DNA from: a bacterium
GTDB lineage: Bacteria; Patescibacteriota; Minisyncoccia; Phycocordibacterales; Phycocordibacteraceae
DNA length: 48,176 nt
Assembly (NCBI GenBank): GCA_900299275.1
Contig: OMJE01000021.1
Span: 1 to 48,176, forward strand
Reading direction: 5' to 3'
Below, piece after piece: positions 1 to 6,790 of the stretch. Within the stretch, counting starts at the first letter, position 1; each line of letters begins with the position of its first letter. Both the position numbers and the translations under genes were made by a program. The notes beneath the pieces were generated by a model. The model worked only from the letters and a program-made list of their open reading frames with translations. It was not told the DNA's origin and made no database searches.

Positions 1-310
1 CCACCTTTCTAATCTTTGCTCCGTGTAAATTGAGCGATGGATCATAGTAATCTGTAGTGTCACGCACAGTATGGAATTCATCGGTGAGCATCGTTTTGAC
101 TTCTACAAAATGCAGCACGTTCCCCATGCGGGCGATGATATCAATTTCACCGGTTTTGCGGGTGTAATTTGTGGCGATGATCTGGTGCCTGTGTCGTTTC
201 AAATAGACAGCAGCGACCTTTTCCCCAATATTCCCCACCTCTTTACGGCTTTTTGTGTGTAAATCCATGGCCTTGAATAAAATGGCGGAATTACTATTGA
301 TTTTAGTCAT
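1..310 (-). CDS. yraN: YraN-family (UPF0102) endonuclease-like protein, N-terminal part only (gene runs off the left edge)
   Basis: I translated the minus strand from the ATG at 310..308: MTKINSNSAILFKAMDLHTKSRKEVGNIGEKVAAVYLKRHRHQIIATNYTRKTGEIDIIARMGNVLHFVEVKT... The GE..A..YL, GEIDII and FVEVK motifs are the YraN signature. It is absent from the ORF track because no stop lies inside the window. Confidence 0.75.
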   Translation of the reverse strand, partial: MTKINSNSAILFKAMDLHTKSRKEVGNIGEKVAAVYLKRHRHQIIATNYTRKTGEIDIIARMGNVLHFVEVKTMLTDEFHTVRDTTDYYDPSLNLHGAKIRKV

Positions 311-410
311 AACACCCATACTCAGTCGTCCTTTATCCACATAAGTCACAGGTTTTTCCCCAACTGTCAAAAGTGTTGTTCAGAAAGGACTGAGCTCTGT
401 TTACATATGA

Positions 411-430
411 CCGATTGATGAATCAATCGG
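411..430. promoter_or_regulatory. Perfect 8-bp inverted repeat (ccgattga-tgaa-tcaatcgg) between divergent yraN and tRNA-Gly
   Basis: The palindrome was read directly from the sequence. It lies in the divergent promoter region. Its function as an operator or hairpin is unknown. Confidence 0.3.
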
Positions 431-451
431 ATTGTGAGAGGATACGAACAC

Positions 452-522
452 GCGGGTATGGTTTAGTGGTAGAACGCGTCCTTGCCAAGGACGAGACAGG
501 AGTTCGATTCTCCTTACCCGCA
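452..522 (+). tRNA. tRNA-Gly (anticodon GCC), 71 nt, no encoded CCA
   Basis: Hand-folded cloverleaf. Acceptor GCGGGTA/TACCCGC, D stem GTTT/GAAC, anticodon stem CGTCC/GGACG with loop TTGCCAA, T arm AGGAG-TTCGATT-CTCCT, discriminator A. The downstream bases are CCG, not CCA. Confidence 0.93.
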
Positions 523-540
523 CCGAGTGAGTTGAAAAAT

Positions 541-566
541 AAAACGCCTGTGGGCGTTTTCTTTTT
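541..566 (+). terminator. Intrinsic terminator after tRNA-Gly
   Basis: The stem is aaaacgcc/ggcgtttt with loop tgtg, followed by a T-run (ttttcttttt). Confidence 0.7.
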
Positions 567-643
567 GCGCCGAGCGAGGTGCGAGTATCGGCGTTTTCGA
601 TACCCGCACTCGAGCGATCGAGCTCACTTTCACTTCGTTCATG

Positions 644-715
644 TGCCCCGGCCAGGACTCGAACCCAGAATAACTGATCCGAAGTCAGTTGTGATATCCA
701 TTTCACCACCGGGGC
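644..715 (-). tRNA. tRNA-Arg (anticodon UCG), 72 nt, no encoded CCA
   Basis: Reverse complement: GCCCCGG TG GTGA-AATGGATA-TCAC A ACTGA-CTTCGGA-TCAGT TATT CTGGG-TTCGAGT-CCTGG CCGGGGC A. All four stems pair (two G-U pairs in the T stem) and the anticodon is TCG. Confidence 0.9.
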
Positions 716-790
716 CTGTCTGCAGAGGCAGGCATATACATAGTACGTCAAAACAGCCTAAATACCACTATTCCGTGATAGGATTTCAGC

Positions 791-2254
791 ATGAAGCATC
801 ACGTGCCTGAAGAAGTGCGTGCGGTCTCCTCTGCCCTGCGTGCAGCTGGATACGAGGCGTATTTAGTAGGCGGCTGCGTCAGAGATCTTATTTTGGGACG
901 CACGCCAAAAGACTGGGACATTACCACTAATGCAAAACCAGAGGAGATACAAGCTATATTCCCCGATTCTTTCTACGAAAATGACTATGGCACGGTCGGT
1001 GTTAAGACAGATTCAGTCTCCCCTGCCCTTGCAATAATCGAGGTTACACCGTATCGCACGGAATCTGGATATTCAGATAAACGCAGACCCGACGTAGTCA
1101 CCTTTGGTGTTTCCCTTACCGATGACCTTGCTCGTCGGGACTTCACCATCAACGCAATTGCCTATAACGAGGATTCCGGTGAGCTTGTGGACCCCTATGA
1201 AGGCCAAAAAGACATAAAGGACAAGCTTATACGAGCCGTTGGCAACGCCTTAGATCGGTTCAATGAGGACGCTCTGCGTATGATGCGTGCAGTCCGCCTT
1301 GTCGCAGAGCTCGATTTTGGCATCGACGGCAATACGGCTGCAGCAATTGGCCAGAACGCGGAGCATCTCAAAAAAGTTTCCCGTGAAAGAGTTAAGGATG
1401 AGCTGGTGCGGATTCTTGAGTCCAAACGACCTATGAATGCCCTAGTTTTAGCAAATCAGTTGGGCATTCTGGTGCATATCGCCCCTGATCTTGTCCGTGG
1501 CATTGGCGTGGAACAGAATCAAGCGCATAGCTACGACGTTTTTGAGCATTTGATGCGCACCATGCAGCATTCAGCCGATAAGGATTTTGGCTTTGACGTG
1601 ACTCTGGCCGGCTTATTTCATGATGTTTCTAAGCCAGAAACGCGCCGCTGGTCTGAAGAAAAGCAGGATTGGACTTTCCATGGACACGAGGTTGTTGGTT
1701 CACGTGTAACGAAGAAGGCGCTTGAAGACTTGCGGTTTTCACGTGAAACAATTGAAAAGATAACAAAGCTGGTGCGCTGGCATATGTTCTTCTCTGATCC
1801 CGACCAAATCACCTTGTCGGCCGTCCGGCGCGTCATAACGAACGTCGGCGAAGAAAATATATGGGATCTACTTAATTTACGTATATGCGACCGTATTGGT
1901 ACCGGCCGGCCAAAGGAGCAGCCATTCAGATTCAGGAAGTACAAGGCTATGGTAGAGCAGGCTCTGCGCGATCCTATTTCGGTGGCCATGCTCAATATCG
2001 ACGGAGCGCGGCTCATGGAGCTGTTTCATGAGAAACCTGGTCCGAAAATTGGTTTTACGCTCAATGCCTTGCTCGAGGAAGTGCTTGATGATGCTCAAAA
2101 GAATTCTGCTCAATACTTAGAGGGCAGGGCAGGGAAACTTCTTAAGATGGACATAAATGATTTAAGAACGCTCGGAGAGGCGGGCAAAAAGAAGAGAGAG
2201 GAGGCAGAAGAAGCCGCTCTGCTAGAAATAATGGAACGGCATCACGTCTGCTAA
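791..2254 (+). CDS. cca: CCA-adding tRNA nucleotidyltransferase with HD domain
   Basis: The N-terminus reads YLVGGCVRDLILGRTPKDWDITT and RRDFTINA (pol-beta nucleotidyltransferase, poly(A) polymerase/CCA family). An HD motif (LFHDVSKP ... HGHEVVG) follows downstream. Confidence 0.9.
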   Translation: MKHHVPEEVRAVSSALRAAGYEAYLVGGCVRDLILGRTPKDWDITTNAKPEEIQAIFPDSFYENDYGTVGVKTDSVSPALAIIEVTPYRTESGYSDKRRPDVVTFGVSLTDDLARRDFTINAIAYNEDSGELVDPYEGQKDIKDKLIRAVGNALDRFNEDALRMMRAVRLVAELDFGIDGNTAAAIGQNAEHLKKVSRERVKDELVRILESKRPMNALVLANQLGILVHIAPDLVRGIGVEQNQAHSYDVFEHLMRTMQHSADKDFGFDVTLAGLFHDVSKPETRRWSEEKQDWTFHGHEVVGSRVTKKALEDLRFSRETIEKITKLVRWHMFFSDPDQITLSAVRRVITNVGEENIWDLLNLRICDRIGTGRPKEQPFRFRKYKAMVEQALRDPISVAMLNIDGARLMELFHEKPGPKIGFTLNALLEEVLDDAQKNSAQYLEGRAGKLLKMDINDLRTLGEAGKKKREEAEEAALLEIMERHHVC

Positions 2255-2270
2255 TTGTTTGTTCCACGCG

Positions 2271-2305
2271 AAACAAAAAAGAAAAAGCCACCCATAGGGT
2301 GGCTT
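2271..2305 (-). terminator. Intrinsic terminator oriented for a minus-strand transcript
   Basis: The hairpin is aagccaccc-ata-gggtggctt (2285..2305). On the minus strand it is followed by a long U-run (plus-strand A-run 2271..2286). On the plus strand no T-run follows it. Confidence 0.55.
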
Positions 2306-2560
2306 CGGCGTAAAAGGAGCAGGGCGTTGTGATTGGGCCGAAGCCGGAGAAAGGCGGGCGGCTGTTTCTAGAACAATTTCGGTGGCTCGTATAAGGTACC
2401 GTACCTCTCTGGGCTTTGGTGCGGATACGCCGCAAGCGTAGATAGGTCCTTGTCAGAACAACCAAGCTGATGAGGAAAGATCAAGAAAGAACATCCTCCC
2501 GCTATTCAGCATAGCAGTGTAAAGGACATCGTAAAGGACATGCCTGTGGATAAGAAAAAA

Positions 2561-3325
2561 CTAAAGAGTTATTGAAAGAGGGCAGTGATCTGAGCCGTAA
2601 ATATCAGCGTGAATTTCGGCCTTTTTTATTTTTTTAGTCAGCTCGCTTGAGGCGAAGAAATAGTCGATACGCCAGCCGACGTTACGGTCGCGCGCGTGCG
2701 TGAAGAGGTCCCAATACGTGTAGGCCTCTTTGGTGTGCGGATGGAGGTGGCGAAACGTGTCTACATAGCCGGCATCGATCACTTCGTCGATCCAGGCGCG
2801 CTCTTCGGGAAGGAACCCAGTTGTTTTTTGATTTTCTTTAGGCCGGGCTAGGTCGATCTCTTCGTGAGCTGTGTTTACATCACCACAGAAAATGACCGGT
2901 TTTTTCTCTCGTAGACGCTCGCAATATTCAAGAAAGGCATCATAAAAGCGCATTTTGTAGTCGAGGCGATGCGGGCCTTGTCCGCCATTTGGAAAATACA
3001 CATTGAGAAGCCAGAAATCCTCATATTCAGCGCCCACGAGGCGTCCTTCCTGATCAAATTCTTTGATCCCCATACCATAGGAGACTGAGAGGGGCTCTTG
3101 CTTCGAGTAGAGTGCGACGCCGCTATAGCCTTTTTTTATTTCGCAGGATGAAAAGAATGCGGAGTATCCGAGAGGGTGCAGAAACTTTTCAGAAAGTTGC
3201 TCGGGATGTGCCTTGGTCTCTTGGAGGCAGAAAATATCTGGCTTTGTTCCTTTCAGAAAACTCTCCCAGTACCCATTTTTTGCGAGCGAACGAAGTCCAT
3301 TTACGTTCCACGAGACGATTTTCAT
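2561..3325 (-). CDS. xth: Exodeoxyribonuclease III (AP endonuclease, EEP fold)
   Basis: MKIVSWNVNGLRS, DIFCLQETK, LLNVYFPNG, GDVNTAH and a C-terminal SDHCPL are the canonical Xth/ExoIII motifs. Confidence 0.93.
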   Translation of the reverse strand: MKIVSWNVNGLRSLAKNGYWESFLKGTKPDIFCLQETKAHPEQLSEKFLHPLGYSAFFSSCEIKKGYSGVALYSKQEPLSVSYGMGIKEFDQEGRLVGAEYEDFWLLNVYFPNGGQGPHRLDYKMRFYDAFLEYCERLREKKPVIFCGDVNTAHEEIDLARPKENQKTTGFLPEERAWIDEVIDAGYVDTFRHLHPHTKEAYTYWDLFTHARDRNVGWRIDYFFASSELTKKIKKAEIHADIYGSDHCPLSITL

Positions 3326-3362
3326 TCAAAAAGTATACCTCGTCTTATAGTGCTCGGATCTC

Positions 3363-3390
3363 TTGAATAAAGGTAGAAGTAATGTAAAAT
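3363..3390 (+). promoter_or_regulatory. Sigma70-like promoter candidate for the 66-aa ORF (TTGAAT-N16-TAAAAT)
   Basis: The hexamers were read directly. They lie about 20 nt upstream of the ATG at 3412, and an AGAGG lies 10 nt before the start. Confidence 0.4.
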
Positions 3391-3411
3391 ACTGAGCAGA
3401 GGTATCAATGC

Positions 3412-3612
3412 ATGTTTGCAATCGAAATCGAGCCGTGGCACGAGCTTATCGGTACGTTCAAGAACAGGGAAGCAGCCGAGCGCGTGCTGCGAAAGAAAGG
3501 GTTCCGGTCCGTACATTTTCAGATGTGGATGCGCGAAGGCGAAAGGCTCGGCGAAGAGGAGTTCGCGCAGATTCGTCAGATTTTCTCGCCAAAAGAACAC
3601 GAACACATATAA
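3412..3612 (+). CDS. Hypothetical small soluble protein (66 aa)
   Basis: The ORF is bracketed by a promoter-like element, a purine-rich RBS-like AGAGG and a strong downstream hairpin. I recognise no motif in it. Confidence 0.5.
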   Translation: MFAIEIEPWHELIGTFKNREAAERVLRKKGFRSVHFQMWMREGERLGEEEFAQIRQIFSPKEHEHI

Positions 3613-3640
3613 CCGCCCAAGGAAACCGCTCCTTGGGCGG
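3613..3640. terminator. 10-bp GC-rich hairpin shared by convergent genes (ccgcccaagg / ccttgggcgg)
   Basis: The hairpin sits exactly between the stop at 3612 (plus strand) and the stop at 3646 (minus strand). Both flanks have only weak U-tracts. Confidence 0.55.
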
Positions 3641-3645
3641 TCTTC

Positions 3646-4362
3646 CTATACACCGACATAGCCGACAGGTGGCCATGTATGCAAGATCATCGCAAGGACG
3701 ATATATGAAGCAAGATGAATAGCGTACGCATATACAAATCCACCTCGAATTTTCAAAATCAGATACGGAAACACAAATGTGGACACAATAGACCAAAGTG
3801 TAATCCACACCGCGTGATCTTCGGGAGCGCCGGTAAGCGCGAAGAGGGCAATATGTGAGGTTACAAAAAGACCAGCATAAGCAAGGAGCATGGCATCAAA
3901 TGACTTGAATCGCGTGTAAAAGGCCAAGATAATACTTGTTATCAGGATCTGCTGCAGCATTACCTCGAATGCTTTCGGCAGGAAATACCATGGCGTTATG
4001 AAAAGTAGGTCCGTATAGGGCTCTATCTTTGGGCCGTGGAGAATGGGAAAAAAAGAAAGCAAATAGACGCCAATGCCAATGCATGCGGCAAATACGAGAC
4101 TTAAGCCGGCATAGCGCCAGATGTGTGAGTCAACAACAAGCCAGTCGCTAAATATTTTCCAGAAATATCCAAGACTCACGAGCGACCAAAGAAGATAATA
4201 AATAGCGATGGCAAATGGATCGGTGTTGTAGTCGAGTGAGTACCCGAGAAATGGAAGCACATAGTAGTAGCCAAGGAGAGAAAAGACCCAGAAAGCGGCA
4301 ATGGTACCGATTACTTCACGGAGTGGTGCGCGTCGGACGTCAGTATGATTGGTCTCGGGCAT
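3646..4362 (-). CDS. Polytopic membrane protein, CPBP/Abi-like (type II CAAX protease fold) with degenerate motifs
   Basis: About 7 hydrophobic segments. KAFEVMLQQIL sits where CPBP proteins have EExxxR. FVTSH fits FxxxH. AIHLASY sits where HxxxN/D is expected. The family assignment is tentative. Confidence 0.7.
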   Translation of the reverse strand: MPETNHTDVRRAPLREVIGTIAAFWVFSLLGYYYVLPFLGYSLDYNTDPFAIAIYYLLWSLVSLGYFWKIFSDWLVVDSHIWRYAGLSLVFAACIGIGVYLLSFFPILHGPKIEPYTDLLFITPWYFLPKAFEVMLQQILITSIILAFYTRFKSFDAMLLAYAGLFVTSHIALFALTGAPEDHAVWITLWSIVSTFVFPYLILKIRGGFVYAYAIHLASYIVLAMILHTWPPVGYVGV

Positions 4363-4530
4363 GCAAATATCATACTCCAGCCTTGCGCACTGCGCAGTCT
4401 GAGTGAGATGAAAGATGGGTGAATGTTACAGCAAGGAACGACACGTCGAGGCGTAGGATGGAAAGGTGGCAGCTACCATATAACGCGCAGAGAACGGCGC
4501 GCATGGTAGTCAACATATAAAATTGAATCC

Positions 4531-4557
4531 CGCCAAGCGCTATGAAGCTACTTGGCG
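4531..4557 (-). terminator. Hairpin at the end of the mini-ORF pair (cgccaag-N13-cttggcg)
   Basis: A 7-bp stem overlaps the TAG stop of the 34-aa ORF. On the minus strand it is followed by ggattcaatttta, a weak U-tract. Confidence 0.4.
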
Positions 4558-4652
4558 GGCGGGTGGGAATTCGGTCCTTTCGGTCGAGGTAGGTCCTCGC
4601 CAAATATGATCGCGAGGAGAATGATTACGAACAGAGCTGCGCCTCCACTCAT
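4548..4652 (-). CDS. Mini-ORF 2: 34-aa single-TM peptide MSGGAALFVIILLAIIFGEDLPRPKGPNSHPPAK
   Basis: My own translation; it is below the ORF-track size cutoff. GAAGGAGA lies 10 nt upstream of the ATG. The ATG overlaps the TGA of mini-ORF 1 (ATGA coupling). It has a hydrophobic helix followed by a Pro/Lys tail. Confidence 0.5.
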   Translation of the reverse strand: MSGGAALFVIILLAIIFGEDLPRPKGPNSHPPAK

Positions 4653-4771
4653 CGGTCACAGTCTCCTTCATAAGTGGAGACGACTGAGCCCGGGAAGGCG
4701 CTCAGAGCTACCAACACGACCGTCAGAGCGAGACAGCTGGCACAGAAGTCGAAGACACGCTTCAGATCCAT
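4649..4771 (-). CDS. Mini-ORF 1: 40-aa hydrophobic, Cys-containing peptide MDLKRVFDFCASCLALTVVLVALSAFPGSVVSTYEGDCDR
   Basis: My own translation. A canonical GGAGG lies 6 nt upstream of the ATG. It sits 53 nt downstream of the xerC-like stop on the same strand. Confidence 0.5.
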   Translation of the reverse strand: MDLKRVFDFCASCLALTVVLVALSAFPGSVVSTYEGDCDR

Positions 4772-4824
4772 TTCGCACCTCCGTAGAACAGACTATATAA
4801 ACTCTAGCGCGTTAAGTGGCGGCG

Positions 4825-5745
4825 TCAATGACGACTCCGAGAGTGGAACTTCTTGTGGATCTCGCGCAGGTGCGCATCGGTGACGTGGGTGTAGATCTGG
4901 GTGGTGGTGATCGAGGAGTGGCCGAGGAGCTGCTGCACCGAGCGAATATCCGCACCATTATTTAAGAGATCGGTAGCGAAGGCGTGGCGGAGCGTGTGCG
5001 GAGTCACCACGCTCGTGATCCCCGCGATCGCCACATAGCGCTTAAGGTGTCGTTGCACATCGCGCGGGGTGATGCGGTGAAGCTTGCCCGGTCGGCCTTC
5101 GACAAAGAGCGGTTCTTCCATATCCTTACGTGCTTTAAGATACTCCTGCACCGCCTCTTTAGCAGCAGGGGAGATAAAGACCACGCGTACCTTCTCGCCC
5201 TTACCGCGCACGCTCATCTCGTCCCGGCTGAGGTCGATGTCGCTATTTAAGCCGCAGAGCTCAGAGACGCGCAGGCCCGTAGAGAAGAGGAACTCAAGGA
5301 TCGCTGTGTCGCGGAGGCCCAAGAGCTTTTTAGCATCACTCTCGGCCTTGCTGGCGAGCTCGCGCGGCGCCTTAAGGAGCCGGTCGAGCTCAGCTGAGGT
5401 GATGAGGTCGAGGTGGCGCTCGGGGAGCTTAGCGAGCTCGATCTTCTCAGGCGAGATGACCGCCACGTCGCGCTTACGCATAAACTTAAGGAAGGCACGG
5501 AGTGCGATCATGTAGTAGTTCTGGGTCCGGCGCTTCATCGAGTCGCGACCGCTCCCGGGCTGGCGGTTAAGCCAGAGGCGGAAGTCGCGTATACTCTGCT
5601 CGCTGATATCAGACACCTTTTTAATATTCATCTGGGCGAAGTAGCGGGTGAGGTAGCGGTCATAATTCTCCACCGTCTTCACAGCGCGGCCGCGCTCAAT
5701 CTCGATATATTCTAAAAACTGGCGCTTAGCCGTCTCGGCGTCCAT
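4825..5745 (-). CDS. xerC: Tyrosine site-specific recombinase, XerC/XerD-like
   Basis: The C-terminal catalytic region reads HTLRHAFATDLLNNGADIRSVQQLLGHSSITTTQIYTHV. The N-terminal SAM-like domain reads FLEYIEIERGRAVKTVENYDRYL. I chose the start at M25 of the track ORF (ATG at 5745) because the 5817 start would overlap rpsO. Whether it is XerC or XerD cannot be decided. Confidence 0.88.
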   Translation of the reverse strand: MDAETAKRQFLEYIEIERGRAVKTVENYDRYLTRYFAQMNIKKVSDISEQSIRDFRLWLNRQPGSGRDSMKRRTQNYYMIALRAFLKFMRKRDVAVISPEKIELAKLPERHLDLITSAELDRLLKAPRELASKAESDAKKLLGLRDTAILEFLFSTGLRVSELCGLNSDIDLSRDEMSVRGKGEKVRVVFISPAAKEAVQEYLKARKDMEEPLFVEGRPGKLHRITPRDVQRHLKRYVAIAGITSVVTPHTLRHAFATDLLNNGADIRSVQQLLGHSSITTTQIYTHVTDAHLREIHKKFHSRSRH

Positions 5746-5840
5746 ATGAAAATAAGTATACCTCCCTAGCGGGGAGCCCTCCGCTCCGCATTTGAACACC
5801 CTTGCGTTTTTTTGCAAGGCGTGGTAAGGTCAGGAGGTCT

Positions 5841-6107
5841 ATGCTTACAACCAAGAAGAAGGCCGCGGTTATCAAAGTAGCCGCTCGACATGATACGGAC
5901 ACCGGCTCGGCCGATGTTCAAGTTGCGCTTCTCTCGAAGAAAATCGATGAGCTCGCAAAGCACTTGAAGAAGAATCCTAAAGATGTGCACTCACGTCGTG
6001 GTCTTTTGCAGATGGTTGCCGATCGCCGTGCCCACCTCCGCTATTTGGAGACCAACAACAAGCGCGGTTACAACGCTCTCATTAAGAAGCTCGGTTTGAA
6101 GAAGTAA
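5841..6107 (+). CDS. rpsO: 30S ribosomal protein S15
   Basis: GSADVQVALLSKKIDELAKHLKKNPKDVHSRRGLLQMVADRRAHLRYL is classic S15. The start was trimmed to MLTTKKK, which is preceded by AGGAGG. Confidence 0.93.
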   Translation: MLTTKKKAAVIKVAARHDTDTGSADVQVALLSKKIDELAKHLKKNPKDVHSRRGLLQMVADRRAHLRYLETNNKRGYNALIKKLGLKK

Positions 6108-6184
6108 GTTTACTTCAAAAACTTTTCTCTACGTTCGTACAAGAGTTAAAAAACGGTCACCCATCGAGGTGGTATCATAGAAGT

Positions 6185-6206
6185 GTAGTCTTTTGACTAC
6201 GTTTTA
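6185..6206 (+). terminator. Small hairpin plus T-run downstream of rpsO (gtagtc-tttt-gactac-gtttt)
   Basis: Read directly from the sequence. The stem is only 6 bp. Confidence 0.4.
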
Positions 6207-6236
6207 ATAACGTTCGTTTTCATAAAGTTATTTTTT

Positions 6237-6752
6237 ATGGCAGTTATCAAACATCCAGCTCAGCGTGTGGGCGTATTCATCGACACGCAAAATCTCTATC
6301 ACAGTGCAAAGAATCTCTACAAAGCTCGCGTGAATTTTGCAAACATCCTCGAGGAGGCTGTAGGCGGACGCACACTCGTGCGTGCGATCGCGTACGTGAT
6401 TTCAACGGAGGGCGGCGAAGAGCAAAATTTCTTTGACGCGCTCACAAAAATTGGTATTGAAACAAAGGTTAAAGACCTGCAGATTTTTGCTGGAGGCGCA
6501 AAGAAGGCTGACTGGGACGTGGGGCTCGCTATCGATGCCGTAAAACTTGCCCCAAAACTCGATACCATCGTTCTCGCTACTGGCGATGGCGATTTTGTGC
6601 CGCTCATTCAGTATCTTGATATGCACGAAGGATGCCAAGTTGAAGTTATTTCATTTGGCAAATCGTCATCGGGAAAACTCAAAGAAGCCGCTCATGCTTT
6701 CACCGATATGAGTGACAATCCAAAGAAATTCACTATTAGTTCTCGCGGATAA
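6237..6752 (+). CDS. NYN-domain (LabA/DUF88, PIN-like) putative RNase
   Basis: VGVFIDTQNLY, ADWDVGLAIDA and LATGDGDFVPL give the acidic-residue pattern typical of NYN/LabA domains. Confidence 0.8.
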   Translation: MAVIKHPAQRVGVFIDTQNLYHSAKNLYKARVNFANILEEAVGGRTLVRAIAYVISTEGGEEQNFFDALTKIGIETKVKDLQIFAGGAKKADWDVGLAIDAVKLAPKLDTIVLATGDGDFVPLIQYLDMHEGCQVEVISFGKSSSGKLKEAAHAFTDMSDNPKKFTISSRG

Positions 6753-6790
6753 CACGCGAAGCGGTTTTCATGCGCTACACTACGTAGTGA

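Noticed and set aside
71-262. Track ORF 71..262 (plus strand, 63 aa)
   Set aside because: It lies antisense to the yraN-like coding sequence, which has clear family motifs.
581-607. Hairpin gcgagtatcg-gcgtttt-cgatacccgc between the two tRNAs, whose minus-strand 5' end resembles the tRNA-Gly acceptor arm
   Set aside because: It cannot be folded into a cloverleaf (no T arm or anticodon arm) and has no U-tract on either side. It is probably incidental or a weak processing or termination structure.
401-810. Track ORFs 401..751 (minus strand) and 415..810 (plus strand)
   Set aside because: Both run straight through two well-folding tRNA genes and a terminator. They have no coding-like composition or motifs, so they are artefacts of an ORF scan over RNA genes.
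2255-2560. Identifying the two structured spacers (2255..2560 and 39465..39725) as SRP RNA, tmRNA, RNase P RNA, 6S RNA or a T-box
   Set aside because: I looked for the hallmark strings: the SRP domain IV GGAA tetraloop with AGCAGCC, the RNase P GGAAAGUCCGG and ACAGAAA motifs, the tmRNA tRNA-like 3' end with TTCGA and CCA, and the T-box GGGTGGTACCGCG. None was found on either strand, so no family name is assigned.
4370-4800. Track ORFs 4370..4603 (minus strand, 77 aa) and 4552..4800 (plus strand, 82 aa)
   Set aside because: They overlap each other, lack start signals and translate to Arg/Ser-rich sequence. The same DNA is better explained by the two SD-preceded mini-ORFs on the minus strand plus upstream non-coding sequence.
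452-5745. Tyrosine recombinase near tRNA genes as a sign of an integrated mobile element
   Set aside because: The recombinase has XerC/D-type domain organisation. It is 4 kb from the tRNAs, with housekeeping genes (cca, xth) in between. I could not find a direct repeat of either tRNA 3' end that would mark an att site. No phage, plasmid or transposase genes are nearby.
5802-5840. 5' extensions of track ORFs: rpsO 5802, comM 8366, rsmA 14736, tuf 24652, rpsJ 25892, rpmC 32002, rpsQ 32048, rplX 32698, rplF 34231, rpmI 42316, infC 42872, PLD 43844, bcp 46052, HAD 47226, xerC 5817
   Set aside because: The extensions overlap the preceding gene and add residues that do not match the conserved N-termini. 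Internal starts right after the upstream stop give canonical N-termini, so I trimmed the coordinates.
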